Shown: one piece after another, positions 51,394 to 61,220 of the stretch
Numbering within the stretch: position 1 is the first letter of the stretch
Layout: each line of letters begins with the position of its first letter
Source of the DNA: Elusimicrobiales bacterium
GTDB taxonomy: Bacteria; Elusimicrobiota; Elusimicrobia; Elusimicrobiales; UBA9959
Assembly (NCBI GenBank): GCA_049972095.1
Contig: JBMFKQ010000004.1
Span: 1-64,000, forward strand
Direction of reading: 5' to 3'
DNA: 64,000 nt
Program-made: the position numbers and the translations under genes
The notes under the pieces: model-generated
Database searches by the model: none
Told to the model about the DNA's origin: nothing
What the model saw: only the letters and a program-made list of their open reading frames with translations

Positions 51394-51435
51394 CCTCCTA
51401 TAAAATTATTATAGGAAACTTGACAGATTTTATCA
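51394..51435 (-). promoter_or_regulatory. htrA extended -10 and SD-occluding 5'UTR hairpin
   Basis: TGATAAAAT at 51435-51427, then TTTCCTATAA-TAATT-TTATAGGAGG. Confidence 0.55.
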
Positions 51436-51449
51436 AAATTTATTAGAAT
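51420..51449 (+). promoter_or_regulatory. sigma70 promoter for the downstream secreted protein gene
   Basis: TTGACA-18 nt-TAGAAT. Confidence 0.6.
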
Positions 51450-51527
51450 TAGATTAAGGCTATTATACAAGCCTTTCGAACTTTCCGATAAAAACTCGGT
51501 GCAAAGTATATAATGAGGAGAAAAACT

Positions 51528-52190
51528 ATGAAGAAGCTAATATTAGTTATAGTATCATCAGTAGGAATAATGCTTAAGGCAGAGGTATATGACTTCACGA
51601 CAGACATAAATATAAAAACTGAGGGAATAAAGACTGAACTACCTACTCCAAAACCTCAAATACTTAACAAAAACTCAACACAGACTCATAATCCCTATCT
51701 TTATCTTCCGATATTTAAAAAAATAAGATATGAATATTCATATACATCAACCAATTTTATAGGAACAAAGAAAATAGAGGTTGAGTTTGTTGAATATTCT
51801 ACAAAAGACTCTCTTACAACTGCAACAATAACATACTACAATAAAAACAATGTAAAAAAAGTAAATTATCAACTCAAAATCACTGATAAAGGAATCTTTG
51901 CAACAGATAGTATAATTGGTGATCAAAGGATTGAGATACCTATACCACTATTTAAGGATAGAAGATGGAGCGAAAATGGAAACGAAAACAGGGTAATAGG
52001 ATTTTCATCTAAGGTTAAAACTCCTTATGGAAGTTTTGATAGCTGCCTTAAAATACTAACAAGCATTAAAGGAAGTGAGATAGGAAAGAATGAGAGGTAT
52101 TATGCTCCAAATGTAGGGCTTGTTAAGGAAGTATTCAAAAGTGAGGAAAGGGTTGATACAATAGAGCTTGTTAAGTTTGAGATTTACTAA
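51528..52190 (+). CDS. secreted beta-rich hypothetical protein
   Basis: Signal peptide MKKLILVIVSS..., C-terminal KTPYGSF...YYAPNVGLVK pattern; GAGGAG SD. Confidence 0.75.
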   Translation: MKKLILVIVSSVGIMLKAEVYDFTTDINIKTEGIKTELPTPKPQILNKNSTQTHNPYLYLPIFKKIRYEYSYTSTNFIGTKKIEVEFVEYSTKDSLTTATITYYNKNNVKKVNYQLKITDKGIFATDSIIGDQRIEIPIPLFKDRRWSENGNENRVIGFSSKVKTPYGSFDSCLKILTSIKGSEIGKNERYYAPNVGLVKEVFKSEERVDTIELVKFEIY

Positions 52191-52195
52191 TAAAT

Positions 52196-52462
52196 ATGTT
52201 TGATAAGATAAGAGAACTATATGAATTGAAAAATAAAGCAGAGGAGATAAAAAAAGAGCTTGATTCAATAAAATTTACATCAGAAGATGATATTTCATCT
52301 GTGACAGTAAGAGGCACAATGGAAGTTGACTCAATAGTAATAAAATGTGAACTTACACAATCTAATAAGTCTAAAATTGAAAACTCAATAAAGGAAAATA
52401 TAAACAGAGCAACACGAAATGCTCAGATTGAAAGCGCAAGAAAAATGCTTTCAAAAGGCTAA
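52196..52462 (+). CDS. YbaB/EbfC nucleoid-associated protein
   Basis: Size and pattern KAEEIKKEL...VTVRGTMEVDSI...INRA. Confidence 0.8.
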   Translation: MFDKIRELYELKNKAEEIKKELDSIKFTSEDDISSVTVRGTMEVDSIVIKCELTQSNKSKIENSIKENINRATRNAQIESARKMLSKG

Positions 52463-52465
52463 ACA

Positions 52466-53347
52466 CTACCCGATGTGAAACATATCTTTTTTTAAGCAGA
52501 TATCAGTTTCTAATTGGAGGGTTGTGTGATGGATTTTATATTTTTCTTTTAAAACATTCTCAATCTTCTTAAGCACCACACATGACTCTGAAACACTCAT
52601 ATCAGCTATCTCAATATGAGCCTCAAAATAAATATCACTTTCATTTCCAAGCCATGAATGTAGATCGTGAATATTTCTTACACCCTCTATTGACTCTATA
52701 TCCTTCTTTATGCTTTCATAGTTAAGATCTGCGGATGACTGCATAAGTATATTAAATGATCTTCTCAATACCTTCCACCCCTGATATATCATAACACATC
52801 CTATTATCAATGAAAGAAATGGATCTATCCATAAAATAGAATGCCTTTTCACAAAAAAAGCACCAACCATAACAGCCAGTGAAAACAAGGCATCACCAAG
52901 CATATGAAGATATGCTGATTTCCAGTTGATGTTGTAATGAGAATCATTATGTATGATGAAGGCTGATATAGCATTCACAAGAAAAGCAAGAATTGATGTA
53001 AAAAGCATTATATCTGCATTAACAACGGGTGCTAAAAAATATCTCTTAATTCCCTCAGCAATTATAAAGACAGAGATGATTATAAGAAATATTGAATTAA
53101 CAAAAGCAGCAATAACCTCAGCCCTTTTATATCCATAGGTTTTTTCCCTGTTTGCTCCCTTAAAAGAATAAATCCAGGCAATATAGCTTATAAAGACACT
53201 TGCTGTATCCTCAATATTATGAAATGCATCTGAAACAAGTGCAAGACTTTGAGATATTATTCCAAGAATAAGCTCAAGCACAGAAACTAAAAGGTTTATT
53301 AAAACAACAAATATAAAGCGCCTTCCCTTAAATCTATATTGGTGCAT
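52466..53347 (-). CDS. cation diffusion facilitator (CzcD/ZitB-like)
   Basis: SDAFHNIED, TYGYKRAE, AYLHMLGD, IHDLH, HTTLQLE. Confidence 0.95.
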   Translation of the reverse strand: MHQYRFKGRRFIFVVLINLLVSVLELILGIISQSLALVSDAFHNIEDTASVFISYIAWIYSFKGANREKTYGYKRAEVIAAFVNSIFLIIISVFIIAEGIKRYFLAPVVNADIMLFTSILAFLVNAISAFIIHNDSHYNINWKSAYLHMLGDALFSLAVMVGAFFVKRHSILWIDPFLSLIIGCVMIYQGWKVLRRSFNILMQSSADLNYESIKKDIESIEGVRNIHDLHSWLGNESDIYFEAHIEIADMSVSESCVVLKKIENVLKEKYKIHHTTLQLETDICLKKDMFHIG

Positions 53348-53416
53348 TATAGCTAATCTCTCATAACCTTTTTTAAAACAAGCACTATAAAAGATTATAT
53401 CAAACTTGTTGATTTA

Positions 53417-53881
53417 TCAGATTACAAGATTGTTGAAATAGGTTATGACAATCTCTGCACTTTCTTTGACCCTACTGTCTATACTCTGACCAAAACCAGT
53501 ATCTAATATCTGGATACCAACTATAACAAAATTAACACAAGGCAAATCATTTCTTATCATATCAATTAAAAGAGTTATTGGAAGTGAATGTGTTGATAGC
53601 ATTCTAACCTCACAAAGACTTCTTTCATCAAGGATTCTTATCTCTCCAACCTCACCACCAAAAAATGCACCATCAACTATAATAACATCCGTTGGTTTGT
53701 ATTCAACTATATCAAATACATAGTTTTCAAAACTTTGTTCGGCATTTATAACCTTAATCCTATGATTAGATATTTTTTTTGCAATATAAGGACCAATACC
53801 ATCATCATTTCTAAACTCATTACCAAGGCATACTATAACAGGTTTGTCTCCTTTATAAACAATTTTATCAAGAGGGTTCAT
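53417..53881 (-). CDS. hydrogenase maturation protease (HycI-like)
   Basis: LGNEFRNDDGIG, IVDG, STHSLP. Confidence 0.92.
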   Translation of the reverse strand: MNPLDKIVYKGDKPVIVCLGNEFRNDDGIGPYIAKKISNHRIKVINAEQSFENYVFDIVEYKPTDVIIVDGAFFGGEVGEIRILDERSLCEVRMLSTHSLPITLLIDMIRNDLPCVNFVIVGIQILDTGFGQSIDSRVKESAEIVITYFNNLVI

Positions 53882-53923
53882 TAAATTCGTAAAAAAGTAT
53901 TTTTTTTGATGAGGTTACAATAT

Positions 53924-55255
53924 TTATTCAATAAACTCAACATTAAGATAATGAGCTGAGCATGATATACATGGATCATATGCCCTTACAAGCATCTCAA
54001 GTTTAAGCTGTATCTGTTGCTTAGGCTCGTTTATTATCTCTGGAAGAAACTTCATAAGATCATACTCTATATTGTTTATGTTCTGGTTTGTTGGGATTAT
54101 GCAGTTTGCATGCCGGATTATTCCTCGATCATCAATCTCATAGTTATGGAAAAGTATCCCTCTTGGTGCTTCAATAGCCCCAACGCCGTCTCCTGGTTTA
54201 ACAGCTATTCTGTTCTTTTCGTTTATACCAACAACAATCTCCTCAGAATAATCTATACCTGTTTTTTTAAGTTCATTGATAAGATCTATTGCATGCTCAT
54301 AGCAGTGCACAAGCTCAACTACTTGAGCCATAGTGTTCATAAAAGGGTTGAAACAAGGCGCTTTTAGTTTAATCTTTTCTACAAGATTTTTTGCTTTTTT
54401 ATGAAGCTTTTTATGATTAAGATTGAACCTTGCAAGTGCACCAACCATATAGGATTCTCTTGAAAGTTTAGTAAATTTTGCGGAGGATCTTGGATCAATA
54501 AACTCATTTGTTGCAAGTTTATAATCCTTTTTGTTGAAGTTTTTTCCATCACTTGAGCCAATATTACCTTCAAGAAGCGGGTATTCATCACTCTCATTGA
54601 CAAGGGCAACATATTCAGTTTCCCTATAGAACTCAGGGAATTTAAAATCCATTGCCACATCAACAAAATCATCCATATCCTTTCTCATACCTTCAAGTAT
54701 CTCAAGCATTCTGTCAAGATCTGATGGCCTTGGTAATTTGGTAAAACCACCAACAACTGCTGATATAGGATGAACATGTCTTCCGACAAGTATATCACAA
54801 ACATCATTGATTCTCTTTTTTGCACCAAGTATCTTTTTAACAAGAGATGGATTTTTTTTCACAAGCGGCACAAAAGAACCCACTCCAACTACATCAGGAA
54901 AAACAAGAAGATATATATGAAGAAGATGACTATCCAAAAACTCACAATCAAGCATAAGTTTTCTCAATTTAATAGTCTGCTCAGATGGCACAAAACCAAC
55001 AGCATCCTCTGCTGCCTGTATTGATGCTAAAGAATGGGCACATGAGCATATACCACATATCCTTGATGTTATATGCTGGGCTTCAAGTATACTTCTTCCT
55101 CTAAGCATACCTTCAAAAAATCTTGGTGTTTCTACAACATGAAACTCACACTTTTCTATATTCCCATTTTTAACATTCACCACAATATTGCCATGTCCTT
55201 CAACCCTTGTAACATACTCAACTTTTATATCCAGATCCTTACCCTTTGTTGCCAT
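53924..55255 (-). CDS. hydA: group 3b NiFe hydrogenase large (alpha) subunit
   Basis: TRVEGHG, RICGIC, EAPRG, DPCISCSAH plus cleavable tail. Confidence 0.95.
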   Translation of the reverse strand: MATKGKDLDIKVEYVTRVEGHGNIVVNVKNGNIEKCEFHVVETPRFFEGMLRGRSILEAQHITSRICGICSCAHSLASIQAAEDAVGFVPSEQTIKLRKLMLDCEFLDSHLLHIYLLVFPDVVGVGSFVPLVKKNPSLVKKILGAKKRINDVCDILVGRHVHPISAVVGGFTKLPRPSDLDRMLEILEGMRKDMDDFVDVAMDFKFPEFYRETEYVALVNESDEYPLLEGNIGSSDGKNFNKKDYKLATNEFIDPRSSAKFTKLSRESYMVGALARFNLNHKKLHKKAKNLVEKIKLKAPCFNPFMNTMAQVVELVHCYEHAIDLINELKKTGIDYSEEIVVGINEKNRIAVKPGDGVGAIEAPRGILFHNYEIDDRGIIRHANCIIPTNQNINNIEYDLMKFLPEIINEPKQQIQLKLEMLVRAYDPCISCSAHYLNVEFIE

Positions 55256-56018
55256 TTAAACCCCCCTTCGCTCTGTTATACACATCAAACTTCTTCTTCA
55301 TCAAATCATCACCAATCTCTTTTATCTTTTCGTTTACATTGTATTTTTTTATTATGTCAAGCGCTGCATCCCTTGCAGGGTTTGAAACAAGCCCACGGCA
55401 TCCATAACATATGTTTCCATTATTTGGACACCAACTATTACATCCAGCCTTTGTCCACGGACCAAGACACACAACCCCCTTTTCATAAAGGCATACATTT
55501 TCATTAAGTTTACACTCCCAACACACTGGTTTATCACAAACAGTATATGGAACGCCCCTCAATATACTTTTTATAACCTCAACAACCTCAGGCAGATAAA
55601 CCGGACATCCAGGTATATAATAATCAACATTAACAACCTCATCTACTGCCTTTGTTGGTATAGCATCAAAGCATCTATATTTATCCCCATATACATACTT
55701 CCTTATCTCTTCAAGGTTAAATGCATTCTTCATACCATTAACACCACCAAGAACTGCACAGGAGCCATAGGCTACAAGTATCTTAGACCTCGACCTTATT
55801 CTTTTAAGCCTCTCCTCAGCATGATGATCACCGATTGAACCCTCTATAAAAACAATATCGTAGCTTTTATTGTATCTCTCAGTCATTATCTCTCTAAACT
55901 CTACTAGATCAATAACATCAAACAAATCAACAAGCACTTCACCAAGATTTGCCACCTGAAGTTGACATCCTTCACAAGATGCGAAATCAAAAAATGCCAC
56001 TTTTGGCTTTGACATCAT
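55239..56018 (-). CDS. hydD: group 3b NiFe hydrogenase small (delta) subunit
   Basis: SCEGC, EGS, GSCA, PGCP, CLGP..AGC...CP....CYGC. Confidence 0.93.
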   Translation of the reverse strand: MMSKPKVAFFDFASCEGCQLQVANLGEVLVDLFDVIDLVEFREIMTERYNKSYDIVFIEGSIGDHHAEERLKRIRSRSKILVAYGSCAVLGGVNGMKNAFNLEEIRKYVYGDKYRCFDAIPTKAVDEVVNVDYYIPGCPVYLPEVVEVIKSILRGVPYTVCDKPVCWECKLNENVCLYEKGVVCLGPWTKAGCNSWCPNNGNICYGCRGLVSNPARDAALDIIKKYNVNEKIKEIGDDLMKKKFDVYNRAKGGLNGNKG

Positions 56019-56024
56019 TCCTCC

Positions 56025-56879
56025 TTATAGCCTTTTTGCATCCTTTATCTCGTCATATGTAAATGTTGGACCATCCTTACAGCAATAGTAATTTTTAGGA
56101 TGGTCTATCTGACAATGTCCGCATTTCCCCATACCGCATTTCATATGTCTCTCAAGTGAAAGAACAATCTGTCTTTCTGGTATGTTCTTCTTCAAAAGTT
56201 CAGCTATAACGAACTTATACATAACAGGTGGTCCAACGACAACTGCATATGTTCTTTCAGGATTAAGATTAACACCAGGGATAAGCGTTGTTATAAGACC
56301 GATATTACCCTTCCAATCCGGATCTGCCTTATCAACAGTACAAGCAAAGTTTATATCCATCCTTTTCGACCATTTTTCTATATCCTGTTTAAAAAGCATA
56401 TCTTGTGGGGTTCTTGAACCAAGAAGTATATTCACCTTCCCAAAATCCTTCCTCATATCCATAACATAGTTTATGAGAGATCTCAAGGGGGCTATACCAA
56501 GCCCACCTGCAATAAAAAGGATGTCATTTCCAAACATCTGTCTTACTGGAAAAGGTCTTCCAAAAGGACCTCTTATATAAACTCTATCACCTTTTTCAAG
56601 CTTGTGTATCTCATTTGTAACCCTTCCAACAGCTCTTACGGTAAGCTCAAATCCTCTTTCTTTTGTCGGTGATGAGCATACGGATATCGGAACCTCACCA
56701 ACTCCAAAAACTCCTATCTGAATAAACTGACCTGGCTCATGATCTAAGTTTCCATCATCAAGCTCTATCTCAAACCATTTCTCCGTCTTTGTCATCATCT
56801 TTGTATCAGTTATTCTTCCTTTTCTATATCTCCATACTGAACCCTTTATCTCAAATAAGTTTTTTACCTCTGTCTTCAT
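56025..56879 (-). CDS. hydG: group 3b hydrogenase FAD/NAD(P)-binding gamma subunit
   Basis: PGQF, GEVPISVCS, RGPFG, AGGLGIAP, MKCGMGKCGHC, CKDGP. Confidence 0.93.
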   Translation of the reverse strand: MKTEVKNLFEIKGSVWRYRKGRITDTKMMTKTEKWFEIELDDGNLDHEPGQFIQIGVFGVGEVPISVCSSPTKERGFELTVRAVGRVTNEIHKLEKGDRVYIRGPFGRPFPVRQMFGNDILFIAGGLGIAPLRSLINYVMDMRKDFGKVNILLGSRTPQDMLFKQDIEKWSKRMDINFACTVDKADPDWKGNIGLITTLIPGVNLNPERTYAVVVGPPVMYKFVIAELLKKNIPERQIVLSLERHMKCGMGKCGHCQIDHPKNYYCCKDGPTFTYDEIKDAKRL

Positions 56880-56893
56880 AAAATACTCCTTTT

Positions 56894-57940
56894 TTAAAAC
56901 TTAACCTCTTCACTTATCTTAACAAGTATATCCTTCAAAGATATACCTGCCATACAGCTTCTACTACACCTTCCACAACCAGTGCAGAAAAACCTATTAA
57001 ACTTATCGTAAGGGAATTTAAATTTTCTATAAACTCTGTGTCTTAGCCTTAATGACCTTTCTTTTCTAAAATTCTCACCACCCGCTACCTTTGCAAATGT
57101 TTCAAACTGACATGAATCCCAACTTCTTATTCTCTTTCCTGAAATAAGATTGATCTCAACTCTATCCTCCATATCAAAACAGTAGCATGTTGGACATACA
57201 TTCGTGCAGTTTCCGCATGAAACACATTTCAAGGCAACATCTTCCCATACCTTTGAGTTATATGCCTTATCAAATATCTCAGGAATCTTTGATGCCTCAA
57301 AACCAACCTCATTTTTGAAAATCTTCTTTTTATTTTCCCTGACTAAATCAAGTTTTTTGAGATCCTCACTTGTTGCTTGAGGAAGTCCAAACAATTCAAC
57401 TAAATCCTCACCTTCCTGAGTATTCACATAAACAAAATACCTATCTCCTATGTCAGTGAGAAAAAGATCATAACCACCATTTGGAAGATGAGAATTTACA
57501 AAACAGCATGATGCATACTCATCACAATATGTAAGGCACTCTACTCCTATTATGAAAAGATTTTCTTTTCTTATTATGAAATGATGATCAACAGGCTTGT
57601 CACTCATTACTATATTCAAACACTGTATTCCAGCCAGATCGCAGGTTCTTACCCCAAAAATTGCCATCTTTTCAGATAAAACAACCACATTTTCATCAAA
57701 GCCATCGTTTTTCATGCTAAATTCTAAAATGGTCTCCTTTTGTGGCATAAGATATTTTTTAGGCGGAAGTATTGTAGGAACATAACCATCAACTACAATA
57801 TCTTCAGCACAGCTTATCTCCTCAAAGGCAAGACTATTTCCCCACTTTTTTACAGGGGCAACAACCTTCATTTTTTTTGAAAGGATTTCTATAAAGTCAT
57901 TAATCTCATGTTTTAGAAGCAGATGATACTTCACTTTCAC
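56894..57940 (-). CDS. hydB: group 3b hydrogenase Fe-S beta subunit
   Basis: CVSCGNCTNVCPTCYCF, WDSC, CTGCGRCSRSC. Confidence 0.93.
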   Translation of the reverse strand: MKVKYHLLLKHEINDFIEILSKKMKVVAPVKKWGNSLAFEEISCAEDIVVDGYVPTILPPKKYLMPQKETILEFSMKNDGFDENVVVLSEKMAIFGVRTCDLAGIQCLNIVMSDKPVDHHFIIRKENLFIIGVECLTYCDEYASCCFVNSHLPNGGYDLFLTDIGDRYFVYVNTQEGEDLVELFGLPQATSEDLKKLDLVRENKKKIFKNEVGFEASKIPEIFDKAYNSKVWEDVALKCVSCGNCTNVCPTCYCFDMEDRVEINLISGKRIRSWDSCQFETFAKVAGGENFRKERSLRLRHRVYRKFKFPYDKFNRFFCTGCGRCSRSCMAGISLKDILVKISEEVKF

Positions 57941-58032
57941 CTCCCTAAATCCATCCTTAACAAATCAATTTTATAAATTTATTTAAACATAGAATTATCA
58001 TTATTTCTAAAATAACTATTATTTTTTATTCT

Positions 58033-59070
58033 CTAAGACGATGAATTCTTTTCTTTTATGTACATATCAAGAATTGTAATAAAAACAGCAATAAAGACAG
58101 GTCCTATAAAAATCCCCACAGGACCAAACGACTTAATCCCTCCAACAATCCCAAGAAAAACAAGCCCAATTGGAAGTTTTGCATAGTTTCCTATAAGTAT
58201 CGGCCTTATGAAATTATCAATAAGCCCAACAACAAAAATACTCCAAATAAAAATAAAGGTAGTGATTATAAAAGGTTTTGTGAAATAACAGTAAATAACA
58301 ATAGGAATTGTAACTGTTGCCGTGCCGATAAATGGTATGAGGGCTGAAAACATAACCATTGTTCCAAGAAGCACAGGAGAAAAAAGTCCTCCAACATAAA
58401 AGCCAAACATTGCAACAATACCTTGAATAAAAGCTGTTATAACAACACCCCTGATAATTGAATTAACAGAGTTTTCAAACTGAAACAGAATCCTTTCTAT
58501 ATTCTCATTGCTGAAAGGGATTATTTCTATAATATATGAAAGAATTTTCTCCCCATCTCTGAAAAAAAAGAACATTGAAATAAACATAACAAAAAGATTG
58601 ACAAAAAGAAAAAAAATATTTTTTATTAAACCTCCTCCTAATCTTATTATTGTTCCCCGGATCTCATCCAGGTTTGATACAATTATCTCCTTTATATCAG
58701 AGTGTGAGAAAGGTAAAAAATCTGGTATTTTAATTCTGCTAAAATTAAACGATGAATAATAATCTACAAGGGACGGATATATCAATCTTGCCTCTCTGAA
58801 AAGCAGCCAGCCAAAAACAAGAAAGGGTGCTATAATTACAAAGAAGATACACAACACACTAAGAAAGGATGCAATATTATTGTTGGAAGTAATTCTTTTT
58901 TTAAAAAAAAGATAAATAGGATGAAACACCACTGTGAAGACCACACTCAAAAAAAGTGAAATAATAAATGGTGATATGAGCTTTATGAATGTATAGATTA
59001 TAAGTATAAAAAAAATACTTATAACAAGATTCATCACAAACCTACGACTTATTCTAAACTCATTTCTCAT
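58033..59070 (-). CDS. AI-2E family transporter
   Basis: FFFFRDG, IPFIG, IDNFIRP, FGPVGIFIGP. Confidence 0.92.
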   Translation of the reverse strand: MRNEFRISRRFVMNLVISIFFILIIYTFIKLISPFIISLFLSVVFTVVFHPIYLFFKKRITSNNNIASFLSVLCIFFVIIAPFLVFGWLLFREARLIYPSLVDYYSSFNFSRIKIPDFLPFSHSDIKEIIVSNLDEIRGTIIRLGGGLIKNIFFLFVNLFVMFISMFFFFRDGEKILSYIIEIIPFSNENIERILFQFENSVNSIIRGVVITAFIQGIVAMFGFYVGGLFSPVLLGTMVMFSALIPFIGTATVTIPIVIYCYFTKPFIITTFIFIWSIFVVGLIDNFIRPILIGNYAKLPIGLVFLGIVGGIKSFGPVGIFIGPVFIAVFITILDMYIKEKNSSS

Positions 59071-59842
59071 AAAACCAGCTTGTAATTACCCAAACCCCAA
59101 GGATAATTCTATAAACAACAAAAAGATTAAGATTGTGTTTTTTAAGAAACGAAAGAAGAAATTTTATTGAGGCAAGACCTATAATAAAGCTTGAAAGAAA
59201 TCCAACAATAAGATCAATACCAGGGCAAAATAATCCCACCTTTTTAAACTCAAAAACACCTGCCCCAAGTATTATAGGCATAGACATAAAAAAGGAAATC
59301 CTTGCAGCATTGTGCCTTGAATAACCACACAAAAGAAGTCCGCATATGCTCATTGCTGATCTTGAAGCACCGGGAATTATTGCAATTGACTGAAAAATAC
59401 CTGCAACAATACCATCCTTCCAGTTAAAGTCTTTATCAATACCCTTATCCCCATAAAGCCTATCAACAAGATATATAATAACAGAAAAAAATATAAGTGC
59501 AGCACCTATAATATAAACCTCTCTGAGCAATGTTTCAGCATAATCATTTAAAAAAAAACCTGCAAAAACACCTGGAAGTGTTGCTATAAAAAGGGCAAAA
59601 ACAAAACCTTGAGCTTTTTTATCACCTTTTAAAAGATTTTTTATTATATCAATTATATCCTTACGAAAATATATAAAGACTGCAAGGATTGTTCCAAGAT
59701 GAAGCATAACATCAAAAAAAATACCTTGATAATGTAGATTAAATATGTATGAGTAAAGCCTTAAGTGTGCAGATGATGATATAGGCAAAAATTCGCCGAT
59801 CCCTTGAACAGCTCCAAGAAAGAAGGCATGAAATGCACTCAT
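59060..59842 (-). CDS. uppP: undecaprenyl-diphosphate phosphatase
   Basis: QGIGEFLPISSSAH, HLGT, PGASRS, FVVYR. Confidence 0.96.
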   Translation of the reverse strand: MSAFHAFFLGAVQGIGEFLPISSSAHLRLYSYIFNLHYQGIFFDVMLHLGTILAVFIYFRKDIIDIIKNLLKGDKKAQGFVFALFIATLPGVFAGFFLNDYAETLLREVYIIGAALIFFSVIIYLVDRLYGDKGIDKDFNWKDGIVAGIFQSIAIIPGASRSAMSICGLLLCGYSRHNAARISFFMSMPIILGAGVFEFKKVGLFCPGIDLIVGFLSSFIIGLASIKFLLSFLKKHNLNLFVVYRIILGVWVITSWFYEK

Positions 59843-59854
59843 AATTAGATTATA

Positions 59855-60559
59855 TTACCTTTTATTGGCTCGGTATGGACAGATCTCCTTTGCAAGACAT
59901 ATATCACAGTTTCCCTTTTTTGAAAGCTCAAGATTTTTCATCCTTGATGCTATTTCCTTTAAGTCTTTTATAAGATTCTCATCCTCATTATAATTCATCC
60001 TATGCTTCTGAGGCCCATTTATATAATAATAACTAACAACCGACACCCTTTTCAGGTATTTCTTAGATATGCCATACGCATATATTAAAAGCTGAAGTTC
60101 ATTCCTGTGGTGTGATGAATTTCTTTCATCCATAGCAAGCTTATAATCAATGATCTCATAACCCCCATCATCAAGCTCGTCAATTCTATCAACGCTTCCT
60201 TTGAGGATAAACTCATCATCAAGAGGGATTTCAAAGGGTTCATCAACAAATACAATTTTTGAAGGGTTATTTTTCTCAAATTCATAAAATTTCTTTATAA
60301 GCTCAACCCCTATCTCATAATACTCCATCATCTGCTGAGGGGTTAGAAAACCAGAATTATTCCATCCTTCTTCAAAGCTTTCTAACATCCCTTTAAGTGT
60401 AAGTCTTCTTTTTGCATAATCACTAAGACACCTATGAATCGAAACACCAAGAGATGTTCTTGGATTGTGCTTAACATAATTTCCATCTACATATACAAAT
60501 TTATAAAGATAATTACAAAAATTGTATGCATTTATTTTTGAATAATTTATCTCAAACAT
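59855..60559 (-). CDS. PD-(D/E)XK nuclease, AddB/RecB/Cas4-like
   Basis: YS..C, G..IH, GSVDRID, IIDYK, QLLIYA, C-terminal CDIC.....C. Confidence 0.88.
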   Translation of the reverse strand: MFEINYSKINAYNFCNYLYKFVYVDGNYVKHNPRTSLGVSIHRCLSDYAKRRLTLKGMLESFEEGWNNSGFLTPQQMMEYYEIGVELIKKFYEFEKNNPSKIVFVDEPFEIPLDDEFILKGSVDRIDELDDGGYEIIDYKLAMDERNSSHHRNELQLLIYAYGISKKYLKRVSVVSYYYINGPQKHRMNYNEDENLIKDLKEIASRMKNLELSKKGNCDICLAKEICPYRANKR

Positions 60560-61133
60560 TTTTTTGCCTAAAAAAATCTATAATAGAATCTCCATATCTT
60601 TCACTTCTGTATTTAACAAGAGATGATGGTGATTTAAAAATCTCTTTTATATGATGCTGAGAAATCAATATAGCATGGTCTGAAAAAAGTTTTGCTTCAA
60701 CAACAAGCTCCATTGTTCTTGCTGTTAGATAAAGTGGTTTATTCTCACAATCTCTATAAGGAGGTCCCATAAAAACTATATCATACCCTTGTGGAGCATA
60801 TATTTTTAAAAACGCAAGCCCTTTGAGTATATCTGATTTGATAACTACAGCCTTATCCTCAAAATCAAGATGTTTAAGATTTCTTTTTATTGTTTTTATA
60901 CACTGATTATCATTATCAACAAAAACAACCTTTGCAGCTCCTCGAGAAAGAGCCTCAAGTCCAACAAGCCCTATTCCAGCATAAAGATCCAAGAAAAAGG
61001 ATGCGGTTATGTATGGCCTTATTATATCAAAAAGCGATTTCCTTACCCTTGCCGATATAGGCTTAACATGATGAGTTATGGGAAGAGACAAAACCCTCCT
61101 ATTTTTTCTAAGACCTGCTATTATCCTTATCAT
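60552..61133 (-). CDS. rsmD: 16S rRNA m2G966 methyltransferase RsmD
   Basis: IRIIAG, LDLYAGIG, EALSRGA, GPPY variant of DPPY, RYG. Confidence 0.9.
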   Translation of the reverse strand: MIRIIAGLRKNRRVLSLPITHHVKPISARVRKSLFDIIRPYITASFFLDLYAGIGLVGLEALSRGAAKVVFVDNDNQCIKTIKRNLKHLDFEDKAVVIKSDILKGLAFLKIYAPQGYDIVFMGPPYRDCENKPLYLTARTMELVVEAKLFSDHAILISQHHIKEIFKSPSSLVKYRSERYGDSIIDFFRQKNV

Positions 61134-61170
61134 AAGTTAAAAAAAATTTAAAACTTTTCTAACATAAATT

Positions 61171-61186
61171 CTATAATATATTATAG
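61171..61186. promoter_or_regulatory. perfect 16-bp palindrome containing a -10 box on each strand
   Basis: CTATAATATATTATAG between divergent genes. Confidence 0.55.
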
Positions 61187-61220
61187 CAAAGCTGATTTAA
61201 TAGATTTTAAGTGAGGTCAT

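Noticed and set aside
59855..60559. CRISPR-Cas locus
   Set aside because: No repeat-spacer array or other cas genes anywhere in the window
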